IMG/VR virus record: IMGVR_UViG_3300034283_002790
Location: 123,385-187,384 of that record
DNA from: a virus
Reading direction: 5' to 3' (one strand)
DNA: 64,000 nucleotides
Under the pieces are notes generated by a model. It saw nothing but the letters and a program-made list of their open reading frames with translations, did no database searches and was not told the DNA's origin. This document shows positions 1 to 8,225 of the stretch, in pieces. Position numbers and translations under genes: made by a program. Numbering within the stretch: the stretch's first letter is position 1; each line of letters starts with the position of its first letter.

Positions 1-241
1 CTTGTTCTCCAAGTTGAAAAACAAAATCATACGTAGGATTCTCATCACAATAATACCCCCCTTTAATATAAAATACAAGATTACCATCAACGTTTTCCAT
101 TTTTAGAAATGCTCCAGTTGGATTGTCCGTATAAGCAATCTTATATGGATCATCAAATCCATCGGTAATAGTTTTATAAACCCACTGACCATGTAGGTTT
201 GAAATAAAGAATAAAGATAAAAGTAAAATAATTGTTTTCAT
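1..241 (-). CDS. Secreted/periplasmic protein, partial (runs off the window start); absent from the ORF track
   Basis: Manual translation MKTIILLLSLFFISNLHGQWVYKTITDGFDDPYKIAY...; open to position 1; signal peptide followed by Gln, typical of Bacteroidota SPI substrates. Confidence 0.7.
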   Translation of the reverse strand, partial: MKTIILLLSLFFISNLHGQWVYKTITDGFDDPYKIAYTDNPTGAFLKMENVDGNLVFYIKGGYYCDENPTYDFVFQLGEQ

Positions 242-292
242 ATGTTTTTAATATTTTTATTAAAATATAAAACTAAATAAATTAATTGTCAA

Positions 293-322
293 ATAAAAAA
301 CCCCACCTGTTGAAGATGGGGT
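293..322 (-). terminator. Intrinsic terminator downstream of 343..690
   Basis: Minus strand AACCCCATCT-loop-AGGTGGGGTT followed by a T tract. Confidence 0.7.
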
Positions 323-342
323 TATAATTAATATGAGTTTTA

Positions 343-690
343 TTAGAATAGTTTTTCTTTTGTTAAAAACCTACATTCAATTGTTCCATTATCCAAATTT
401 TTAAAAACCATTAACCCGTCCACATTTCTATCAAATCCTTTTTCATCTGCATTCAAATATATTGTTTGTCTTAAATGTTCTTGACCCGATTGTTTTATTC
501 TGGCCACGACACTTAATTGACCATAAAACATATCATTCTTATTTGGGGGTATTGTTCCAGGACTATATTCATATCCTTCTTTTTCCCACTGTTTCCACTT
601 TTTTGGAGTGTCGTCATCACCTTCAGTTAATAATGGTTTTACATTACCAAGAGTTGATTCTAATAATTGTTTAAATCTAAATTTATACAT
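343..690 (-). CDS. Hypothetical phage protein with an LLES...LLTE N-terminus
   Basis: 115 aa ORF; TATTTAT motif at 708-714 upstream; terminator downstream. Confidence 0.7.
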   Translation of the reverse strand: MYKFRFKQLLESTLGNVKPLLTEGDDDTPKKWKQWEKEGYEYSPGTIPPNKNDMFYGQLSVVARIKQSGQEHLRQTIYLNADEKGFDRNVDGLMVFKNLDNGTIECRFLTKEKLF

Positions 691-846
691 AATATATTTC
701 TTTAGTTATAAATACCTCCCATTTTCTAAAATTTTTCCCAAAATTTTTTTTTGAATATTGGGGTATATTAGAAATGGGGGGTCGTGTTTCCAGGGAAAAT
801 AAATTGATTTAATAATTTTTAATTTCTACATTTGTCAATATATCTT

Positions 847-1137
847 ATGGGAAAAAAGAAAATAACAATTAAAGAAAAAAAGTGGATGGATAATACCCTT
901 GTTAAATTAAAAGACACAAAACACTTTAGGTTGAAAGACACGGTCGATCCAAACTCAAATTTTATAAATTTAAATGGGGGTTATTTTAATAAGGGGAAGT
1001 ACAAAGGAATTGAAGTTAATAGATCCCCAGTTGAATATTTAAATTGGTTATTAAATAAAAGTATGATTGTTCTCAATAGGGGTGAGATTAAATTAATTAA
1101 TAAATTAATCGAAAATAAAAAACCCCTATCTTATTAG
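847..1137 (+). CDS. Hypothetical protein with a KGKYKG...YLNWLL motif (DUF3820/exonuclease X C-terminal-like)
   Basis: Motif YFNKGKYKGIEVNRSPVEYLNWLL; promoter -7 element TACATTTG at 827-834 favours the ATG at 847. Confidence 0.55.
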   Translation: MGKKKITIKEKKWMDNTLVKLKDTKHFRLKDTVDPNSNFINLNGGYFNKGKYKGIEVNRSPVEYLNWLLNKSMIVLNRGEIKLINKLIENKKPLSY

Positions 1138-1183
1138 AAATGTGGGGTCGACGACCCCATTTATGAGTTGGGGGTTGTTATAG

Positions 1184-1738
1184 TTAAAAGATACGGGTTT
1201 TATTTAATTCACCCCTACTTTTATTCTTATGATCTTCAATTAATAAAGGTTGGATATTTGTATAATGACATAATCTAATAAGGTCCTCAAAAGTTTGAAT
1301 ATTCTTCAGTGCAATTACGTGGTCAACCTCCCACTTTTTTTGTTTTTTACTATAGTTTTCCCAAGTAATTCCACCATAAAACTTACTTTCCATGTATATT
1401 CTGAATCCATCTCGATCAATTCCAAATATCTTGTCAAAGTTAATGGTTTTTTTTAATCCTTTTTTTTTACAGATCGAACGGATCCTTCTTTTTTGATATT
1501 CTATAATTCTTAGTACTGGATCACGCATTCTTTTTTCTTCCTTTTTTCTATTTAAGCATTTTTTACACTTACTACCAGTTTTTGTTTTTTCTTTATTATC
1601 GAAATAAAATTCAGTTCGACATTTTATCTCATTACATACATTACATCTTTTTGTGTCACACATGTTACTTAATATAATATTTAATATTTCGAATGTCAAT
1701 TTTTTCCCAAAAATTTTTCCAGAAATTTTTTTGACCAT
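1184..1738 (-). CDS. HNH endonuclease with N-terminal Cys/Zn motifs
   Basis: CNVC...CKKC and WEVDHVIAL...CHYTNIQPL; the true start is probably the downstream Met (MCDTKRC). Confidence 0.75.
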   Translation of the reverse strand: MVKKISGKIFGKKLTFEILNIILSNMCDTKRCNVCNEIKCRTEFYFDNKEKTKTGSKCKKCLNRKKEEKRMRDPVLRIIEYQKRRIRSICKKKGLKKTINFDKIFGIDRDGFRIYMESKFYGGITWENYSKKQKKWEVDHVIALKNIQTFEDLIRLCHYTNIQPLLIEDHKNKSRGELNKTRIF

Positions 1739-1748
1739 ATGTTACATT

Positions 1749-1962
1749 GGGGATTGAGGGGGGTTTTGACCCCCAATTTTGGTCTATATGGGGGGGATAC
1801 GGGAGGGGACTCCCCCCAGGTAGGTAGATATAGGGGGATCCCCCCGGGGTAAAAGGGGGGTATATAAGAAAAAAACTTATAGGGTCCCCCCCGGTCACTA
1901 TAAAACTTACTAACACCCCCCTGGTATAAATTGTTAATAACTTTATATTAAAAAGGGGGGGG
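1749..1962. repeat. G/C homopolymer island (low complexity, palindromic)
   Basis: More than a dozen G or C runs, many 5-8 nt long; perfect palindrome GGGGGATCCCCC at 1833-1844. Confidence 0.8.
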
Positions 1963-1968
1963 AAAATA

Positions 1969-2000
1969 TTTGTGGATGTCAAATATAGTTTGTACCTTTG
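1969..2000 (+). promoter_or_regulatory. Bacteroidota sigma-A type promoter
   Basis: TTTG (1969-1972), 20 nt spacer, TACCTTTG (1993-2000). Confidence 0.8.
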
Positions 2001-2002
2001 TA

Positions 2003-2100
2003 TTGTCGGTGATTAGATTCGAGACGGGTTCGACCAACAGTGGGGGTCGCAGAGGGTAGACTCCCACGTGCGTGGTCGGGTGAGACCACTCCAACCTACT
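2003..2100 (+). ncRNA. Candidate structured ncRNA of unknown family
   Basis: GC-rich, no ORF, directly after a consensus promoter; stems 2040-2048/2059-2067 and 2072-2077/2084-2089. Confidence 0.5.
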
Positions 2101-2138
2101 TTATAAAAATATAAATCAATGTCCCCCCAGGTTTAAAG

Positions 2139-2624
2139 TTATATTTCTGTTACTTTAACAATATGGTAATCATTATACTCAGTTTCTAAAATGTTTTCAC
2201 GAAATAGATTAGAACTATCAAATAGATCTAGTTCACCATTAGAAATGTACTCATATACTGATTGTCTAAGAACACTCTCAGTTAAAAAAGATTCAACTTC
2301 AGTTCGATAAATAACTTCTTGATTAACAACTTGATCTTCACTCATGAAAACATAATATGATTTCTTTTCAGGAATAACAATTTCACCTGTGTTCATAAAT
2401 GACTGTAATAATTCAAATAAAAACTCTCTATCTTCTCTACTCATTTTTTGTCCGGTCATGGATTCAACCATAGAGGTTATTTGTTGATCCTTATCGGACC
2501 CATATAAAAAATAGTAATCGAAATTATCTTCTAAATCAGAAAACTCTATATTATTTACTAATTGATTTAAAATTACTTTTAAACCACTTTGTGACATATT
2601 TTGTAGATTTGTATCCCCCATCAT
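2139..2624 (-). CDS. Hypothetical protein
   Basis: 161 aa ORF; TATTTAT motif at 2638-2644 upstream. Confidence 0.65.
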   Translation of the reverse strand: MMGDTNLQNMSQSGLKVILNQLVNNIEFSDLEDNFDYYFLYGSDKDQQITSMVESMTGQKMSREDREFLFELLQSFMNTGEIVIPEKKSYYVFMSEDQVVNQEVIYRTEVESFLTESVLRQSVYEYISNGELDLFDSSNLFRENILETEYNDYHIVKVTEI

Positions 2625-2695
2625 TAATTTTTAATTTATAAATATTTGTTTATTATATTTAAATTTACTATTTTTAAAATTAAAGAAAAGTTGTT

Positions 2696-2857
2696 ATGTT
2701 AATATTTAAGTTGTTACTGATCTTTATGTTCATCTATTTTCTATATAACTCTTACACCAGAGATGGGGAGGTTGAATGTAGAGAGATTAATTTTGAAAAG
2801 GATTTATTATCCATTATTATAATGATCATATTGTTTTACCTCGCTGGATGTATTTAA
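2696..2857 (+). CDS. Small membrane protein (53 aa), below the ORF-track cutoff
   Basis: Manual translation MLIFKLLLIFMFIYFLYNSYTRDGEVECREINFEKDLLSIIIMIILFYLAGCI; two hydrophobic segments. Confidence 0.5.
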   Translation: MLIFKLLLIFMFIYFLYNSYTRDGEVECREINFEKDLLSIIIMIILFYLAGCI

Positions 2858-2860
2858 GTT

Positions 2861-3037
2861 ATGATTGAGAAACTATCTGATATATTTGAAATAATTGTTT
2901 TTTGTGTGATCTCTTTTACTCTATTTTTAATTGGGGCTATGATGTGGTGTGTGTCCTATATAAGAAAAGATCCTGAGTCTAGATTATCTAAGTTTATTAA
3001 AAAACACATTCTTACAGATCAAGATCTTGAGTTATAA
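2861..3037 (+). CDS. Small membrane protein (58 aa), below the ORF-track cutoff
   Basis: Manual translation MIEKLSDIFEIIVFCVISFTLFLIGAMMWCVSYIRKDPESRLSKFIKKHILTDQDLEL; starts 3 nt after the previous stop. Confidence 0.55.
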   Translation: MIEKLSDIFEIIVFCVISFTLFLIGAMMWCVSYIRKDPESRLSKFIKKHILTDQDLEL

Positions 3038-3374
3038 CTTTTAAGTTATGATCTCGAAGTGTCATCTCCACTTTTGTCATATCATCTTTTGAGATCCCCC
3101 CATTTAAATTAAGGTATTCTATTATATCCCCCATCTCACTTTGGGTTAGAATTAAAACTTCTTGTCTTAACCGGTTAGAAACTCTTACCTGGTTGTACTC
3201 ACACCACCCACTTAATGGTCCGTTTGTATAAGTAAGTGTTATGGTACTCCCACTTTTTGTTACAGAAGTTGTGAATTTGTCTATTAAATCAATCATTTTT
3301 TTATTATAAAGATATGATTTTTTCATTTTTTCTGTAGAGTTGGGGGACACGTTAAACACGACACAATCCCCCAC
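3012..3374 (-). CDS. Hypothetical protein
   Basis: 120 aa ORF; start uncertain. Confidence 0.5.
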   Translation of the reverse strand: MGDCVVFNVSPNSTEKMKKSYLYNKKMIDLIDKFTTSVTKSGSTITLTYTNGPLSGWCEYNQVRVSNRLRQEVLILTQSEMGDIIEYLNLNGGISKDDMTKVEMTLRDHNLKVITQDLDL

Positions 3375-3387
3375 CTAAAATTAGATC

Positions 3388-3820
3388 CCACTTTAATGAT
3401 CCCACTTTTTACCACTTTTGACGTTTATAATAGTGTAAGAGTTAATTTTTCCCCCCTGGTGATAGTAATATGACCACTTTTTTACTACATACGTTTTCCA
3501 GCGAAAACTATACAGTTATGGTACAAACTCGGGGGACAGTCCTTTAGGACGTTAGAATCCCCATTTTAGATCCATTTAGTAGACAACTTAATGACTTACT
3601 TAGTAACTTCTTCAACTCATTTTTGACTAAAAAATGACATTTCATGAACACTTTTTTTAATGGTGGTAAAAAGTGGGGATTATGTTTTATATCATTCTAG
3701 TCAGGTTAAACCTGACAATACGGATATACTTTAATTCCCCCACCACTAACCACCCCAAAATATAATACCATATTGTTTATGGTTTACCAGTCTTTTGACT
3801 TTGTAATAAACCACTTTTAC
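3388..3820. repeat. Non-coding region with CCACTTT iterations and a 15-bp inverted repeat
   Basis: CCCACTTTTTACCAC at 3401-3415 and its exact reverse complement at 3663-3677; CCACTTT also near 3388, 3412, 3474 and 3811. Confidence 0.65.
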
Positions 3821-3951
3821 CATTATACCATAACTGTGTTCTTAATTTGTCATCTACTAACCGGGGGGAATTGTTTTTTAAAGGGGGGGATTACATTTCT
3901 TTAAAGTATATGTGGTAAATTGGGGGACATATTCTGAATAGATATGTAAAC

Positions 3952-3977
3952 AAAAAAAGACCCCAGTGGAGTCTTTC
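3952..3977 (-). terminator. Intrinsic terminator after the nitroreductase
   Basis: AAAGACTCC-ACT-GGGGTCTTT followed by a T tract on the minus strand. Confidence 0.75.
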
Positions 3978-3998
3978 TATTTAGATAAATTACTTTAA

Positions 3999-4631
3999 TT
4001 ATTTTCTAATAAAAAAGAGTTCATCATCTCTTCTAACCTTCTTAAGATTTGTTAAATAATCATTTTCACTATCTCTGTAACCCAAAGGTAAAACAACCGC
4101 TGATCTTAAACCATTATCCTGTAAATTTAAAATTCTATCTACTTCACTGGAATTAAAACCTTCCATAGGTGTACAGTCAATTCCTTCATATGCTGCCATT
4201 GACAGAGCAAAACCTAAACCGATGTATGCTTGTTTTTGAGCCCAGGTAATCTTTTGTTCATTGTTCATAGAAGATATTGTACCTTTAATCATGTTTGAAA
4301 ACTCATTTAATGATTCTACCGGTATTTCTCTTTGACTTGCAACCTCATTCATGTAAGTATCCACAGAACTATCTGTAATGTCATCCCAGGTAGCAAATAC
4401 AAGAACACAAGAAGAATCTACCAACTGAGTTTGACCATAACATGCTCCTTGTAGTTGTTCTTTAAGTGATTGATCTTCGACAACAATAACATGGTAAGGT
4501 GTAAGTCCATAAGAACTTGGTGCCAGTTTGGTTGCTTTTAGAATTGTATCTAATTTATCCTGAGGGATTTTTTCCCCATTCATTTTCTTTGTGGCGTATC
4601 TCCACTCTAACGCATTTAATAAGTGATCCAT
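3999..4631 (-). CDS. NAD(P)H-dependent nitroreductase (NfsB-like)
   Basis: WRYATKKM...LAPSSYGL and DCTPMEGF...LPLGYR FMN-binding motifs; start placed at MDHLL. Confidence 0.9.
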   Translation of the reverse strand: MDHLLNALEWRYATKKMNGEKIPQDKLDTILKATKLAPSSYGLTPYHVIVVEDQSLKEQLQGACYGQTQLVDSSCVLVFATWDDITDSSVDTYMNEVASQREIPVESLNEFSNMIKGTISSMNNEQKITWAQKQAYIGLGFALSMAAYEGIDCTPMEGFNSSEVDRILNLQDNGLRSAVVLPLGYRDSENDYLTNLKKVRRDDELFFIRK

Positions 4632-4674
4632 ATATATATTTTTTAAAAGTATAAACAAAATTTAATTAATAGAC

Positions 4675-4764
4675 AAGAGTATAAGATTAAATTGTGAGGT
4701 GAATTCCTTAACGAAGTGAAACGAGTGAAGGACCATGAACCGAATGATTTGATCTTATACTCTT
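4675..4764. repeat. ~90-bp hairpin element with 18-bp inverted arms
   Basis: AAGAGTATAAGATTAAAT (4675-4692) against ATTTGATCTTATACTCTT (4747-4764), one mismatch that is a G-U pair on the plus strand. Confidence 0.75.
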
Positions 4765-5242
4765 AAAAAGTATTATATCTATTTTCTAAATCTATTTCTC
4801 TAACAAGAAGACCTGAGTTATCCTCAAACCATGTTTTAAATATTGGGATCCATTTATCACCAAATAATGTTGTCAGTTCATTTATAACCCCCCTACTTAT
4901 TGATAAGGTATGCAAATATTCATACCCATCCCATTCTCCAAGATATGAGTATGCTGGTGAATCATCAATTAGAAAATCATATATACCATATTGTTCTAAT
5001 TCTACTTTATAAAAATCGTAAATGTCGCTCCAACCATAATCCGGATAAAACTGTTCTGTAAGGTATTGATAAATAAAATAATTAATTTCTTCATCATTTA
5101 GATCTATTAAACTAATTAATCTACTGACCCCATTAACAGCAAGTGATGCTTTTTTAATACCTACAGTACCAATCAATTCCCTCAAATTATTCTTAAGTGA
5201 ATTTTCCCTTAATATTCTTTTGATGGATTCTTGTAGGTTCAT
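4763..5242 (-). CDS. Leader-array protein (MNLQESIKRILRE plus helical module)
   Basis: Shared leader; start overlaps the upstream stop (ATGA). Confidence 0.8.
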   Translation of the reverse strand: MNLQESIKRILRENSLKNNLRELIGTVGIKKASLAVNGVSRLISLIDLNDEEINYFIYQYLTEQFYPDYGWSDIYDFYKVELEQYGIYDFLIDDSPAYSYLGEWDGYEYLHTLSISRGVINELTTLFGDKWIPIFKTWFEDNSGLLVREIDLENRYNTF

Positions 5243-5724
5243 ATAAGTTCAATGCGTTCTATCTTTTCTTTTATTGGTTTAAATAATAATAAGTTTCTTA
5301 CCCCACCTTCATATATCCAAACACCATCATAATTACCTTCTAACCATTCCATTACATCGTCATTCGCTTCAATTGCCGACCAACTATCAGAGTTGTAATA
5401 CAATTGTTCAGGTTCTGTTATATAATAATCATCTTCATCTTCATCGTAATATGGGTCAATCAAAGTTCCAAACTCGTCAATTATTAATTCACAATCTTTC
5501 AATAGATTGGTATCAATTAAGTTCAAATTTCTTCTTAAAAAAACTCTATAAATGTATTCCCCATATGATTTTGCTTCATTTTCACTAATTGAAAAAAATG
5601 TCCCATTAAACATTAAACCTTCTTTGTTAAATTCGTGTTTTTCTGATGTCCCGTGATAAACGATTAAATCATTTTCATTTAGTTCCTCCCTTAATATTCT
5701 TCTTATGGATTCTTGTAGGTTCAT
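5239..5724 (-). CDS. Leader-array protein with an ADP-ribosyltransferase-like (ART-PolyVal-like) domain
   Basis: LIVYHGTS...GTFFS...EAKSYGEYIYRVFL pattern typical of ART-fold domains. Confidence 0.55.
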   Translation of the reverse strand: MNLQESIRRILREELNENDLIVYHGTSEKHEFNKEGLMFNGTFFSISENEAKSYGEYIYRVFLRRNLNLIDTNLLKDCELIIDEFGTLIDPYYDEDEDDYYITEPEQLYYNSDSWSAIEANDDVMEWLEGNYDGVWIYEGGVRNLLLFKPIKEKIERIELI

Positions 5725-5740
5725 TTCTTATAAATATCTA

Positions 5741-7219
5741 TTATAAATCACTGTCATTATCTGTATTGGTCACCTGTAAATCATACACGGAATTTAACCA
5801 TTCCTTTGTAAGTTCTTTTATTTCTTTGAGAGTAAGTTCGAATTCTTGTGCTAGGATTTTCCATATTTCCTCATAACTAATTCTACATTCACTTTTTATA
5901 TCGATCAAATAGTTATAATTTATTGTAAAATGTATGAATATAATGTTATCGGGATTATACCCATAACAAATCACATCAGGATCATCATCAAACTCCCAAC
6001 TTAATTCCGTTTCTGAAAGTGGAATAATTTTTAGATCGTCAAATAAGTGTAGGTAATCCATTGGTGAATTTATGTTTAATATTTTACATAAGTTTTTAAA
6101 TCCACCTACCGCTTTTGTAGTTAATTCAACCCCTATGGATTTGATCGAGCGTAATATCGTATCTCTAAGACTGGTGTCTTCAGTTTCTTCCCTCAATACT
6201 CTTTTTATGGATTCTTGAAGATCGTCCGTTGTGTATTTTCTATTCATTAACCAGTCATACCCACCGCAAGAATTAACATATGATCTTACAATTTCAGTAT
6301 TAAATGGTACAAACAATTTAATGGTTTTGAGCAAGTTATTCATTAAATCTAATTCTTTATAGAGTATTCTTTGAGTTCTTGGCCATACTTCTGAGTTTGG
6401 TCCACCAACAAAATAAACTTTAACCAAATATGGAATTTTATCTTTATTCGAATAATAATATTGGTCATCTCTTTCTTCAGGAGTTATTATATCAACCCCA
6501 CAAAAATGTTTGCAATCAGAAACGTCATAAGAATTAATTATACCTTTAATTAAATTTTTTTGTAAATTTGTATTTCCGGACAATTTTGACTCATTTATAT
6601 ATTTAATTTCTTCTCCACACTTCTTAACATAATAAGGGGCAAACACATAAACATTTAAACCCCAGGAACTAATTGTATTATCTATTAATGCTAATACATC
6701 ACTTAGACCAGAATCATGAAGTTGGTAGTATCTAATTGGTGAAGAAGATCTAATTTCGTAGTCACCATCTTCAGAATTATATTCAACCCACATGTCACAA
6801 ATGTTATTGTTAGTGGATTTGACTCTTTGAATTAAATCATTGATTAATTTGAGAAAGTAATCTTCTTTTTTTCCTTTTGATTCATTTAATGGACTCCATT
6901 CACAATTTGGTTTTGTGTAATAACCAACAAAAATATTTCGTATAGGTAGAAATACCTCTAATTGCATTTTAACCTCATCCCGCATTTCTTGAATATAACT
7001 TCTAATTCGGTATAAATTTAAAAACTTATCATGTAGTTCTTCTTGACTAAAAACTAAATAAATGTTGTAATCAGGATCTTCAACATCAAAAGAAACTCTT
7101 ATATCGCATATACAATCTTTTTTTTTGAAGTGTTCCAACATCCTTTCGATGACCTCAATAAAAATACCTGGTTCCATTTCCTCTTTTAATATTCTTCTTA
7201 TGGATTCTTGTAGGTTCAT
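5741..7219 (-). CDS. Leader-array multidomain protein (three related Cys-containing domains, an internal leader, a C-terminal domain)
   Basis: Domains separated by PLNESK and YINESK, then an internal DLQESIKRVLREE. Confidence 0.8.
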   Translation of the reverse strand: MNLQESIRRILKEEMEPGIFIEVIERMLEHFKKKDCICDIRVSFDVEDPDYNIYLVFSQEELHDKFLNLYRIRSYIQEMRDEVKMQLEVFLPIRNIFVGYYTKPNCEWSPLNESKGKKEDYFLKLINDLIQRVKSTNNNICDMWVEYNSEDGDYEIRSSSPIRYYQLHDSGLSDVLALIDNTISSWGLNVYVFAPYYVKKCGEEIKYINESKLSGNTNLQKNLIKGIINSYDVSDCKHFCGVDIITPEERDDQYYYSNKDKIPYLVKVYFVGGPNSEVWPRTQRILYKELDLMNNLLKTIKLFVPFNTEIVRSYVNSCGGYDWLMNRKYTTDDLQESIKRVLREETEDTSLRDTILRSIKSIGVELTTKAVGGFKNLCKILNINSPMDYLHLFDDLKIIPLSETELSWEFDDDPDVICYGYNPDNIIFIHFTINYNYLIDIKSECRISYEEIWKILAQEFELTLKEIKELTKEWLNSVYDLQVTNTDNDSDL

Positions 7220-7542
7220 TTTTTCATATTTTTATAATACATTTCAAGAACGGGATTATAAACTGATATCATATGTTTTACATACAAATCAATATCTTCT
7301 TTTGGAAGTTCTTCACTTATCTCAATATTATATTTATAATAAATATAGTTCTGTAAAGTTAATTCGATTAATTTATATTTGAATTCTTCCAGGGTGTTCG
7401 TGTCATAAAAAATGTATGGAATTCCTTTTATCATCATTGTTTCAAATTTATAATGATCAATTCTTCTGTTGAAAAAGGAAGGTAATTTCTTATTTTTGTT
7501 TTCTTCCATCAGAATTCTTCTTATGTTTTCTTGTAGGTTCAT
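7216..7542 (-). CDS. Leader-array protein
   Basis: MNLQENIRRILMEE; ATGA coupling to the next gene. Confidence 0.8.
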   Translation of the reverse strand: MNLQENIRRILMEENKNKKLPSFFNRRIDHYKFETMMIKGIPYIFYDTNTLEEFKYKLIELTLQNYIYYKYNIEISEELPKEDIDLYVKHMISVYNPVLEMYYKNMKK

Positions 7543-7547
7543 TATTT

Positions 7548-7892
7548 TTAAACTGAATAAATGTAATGTATATCCCCATCAAAAATTACAACATAACCAT
7601 CTTCCTCGGACTTATCGTAGAATTCCAACCATTCCTCACTTTCAGGATTGTTTATAATTTTATTTATTGATTTTGTTAAAGTAAATTTATCTTTGAATTC
7701 TTCTTCAGAGATTTCATAATTTTCCATATCATCAATAAATTGTGCAAACTCTGATGAGTCAATCTCACCAAAACAAGTATCGTAAAATATTCCATCTTCA
7801 TCAGCATCAGTACACTTAAATTCGTAATATAGATCTTGTTTAGGGTTTGACTCTTCCCTTAATATTTTTTTTATGTTTTCTTGTAGGTTCAT
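7548..7892 (-). CDS. Leader-array protein, acidic
   Basis: MNLQENIKKILREE. Confidence 0.8.
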   Translation of the reverse strand: MNLQENIKKILREESNPKQDLYYEFKCTDADEDGIFYDTCFGEIDSSEFAQFIDDMENYEISEEEFKDKFTLTKSINKIINNPESEEWLEFYDKSEEDGYVVIFDGDIHYIYSV

Positions 7893-8224
7893 TATTTCTT
7901 TAATACATTATACATTGATGATATCCTATCTTTATATTGTTCCATTAAACCATTAAGTATCTCACCATACCACTCAACATCATTAGGTAAATAACGTTTG
8001 AGTTCAATACCGTCCATAAAATCAATTATTACCATTCTTGTAAACTCATATTCCGATAACTTACGTGAGTTTGCTTTATAGTTTCTTAAAAACATTTTTG
8101 ATATAAAATCTAATGAGTCCTTAAACTCACTTTCTAATCTTTCTGGTGATACTCTACGTAATACCAATCTCATAAAATTAGTTTCTTCCTTTAATACTCT
8201 TCTTATGTTTTCTTGTAGGTTCAT
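7892..8224 (-). CDS. Leader-array protein
   Basis: MNLQENIRRVLKEE; TAATG coupling; payload resembles 7216..7542 (RR.....E..f......F...fi). Confidence 0.8.
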   Translation of the reverse strand: MNLQENIRRVLKEETNFMRLVLRRVSPERLESEFKDSLDFISKMFLRNYKANSRKLSEYEFTRMVIIDFMDGIELKRYLPNDVEWYGEILNGLMEQYKDRISSMYNVLKK

Positions 8225-8225
8225 A

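Noticed and set aside
1665-1982. 105-aa ORF across the G/C island
   Set aside because: The Pro/Gly-rich translation is a by-product of the homopolymer runs, and it overlaps the HNH gene and a divergent promoter.
4693-4746. Hammerhead ribozyme in the hairpin core (contains GAAAC)
   Set aside because: No CUGAnGA core box is present on either strand.
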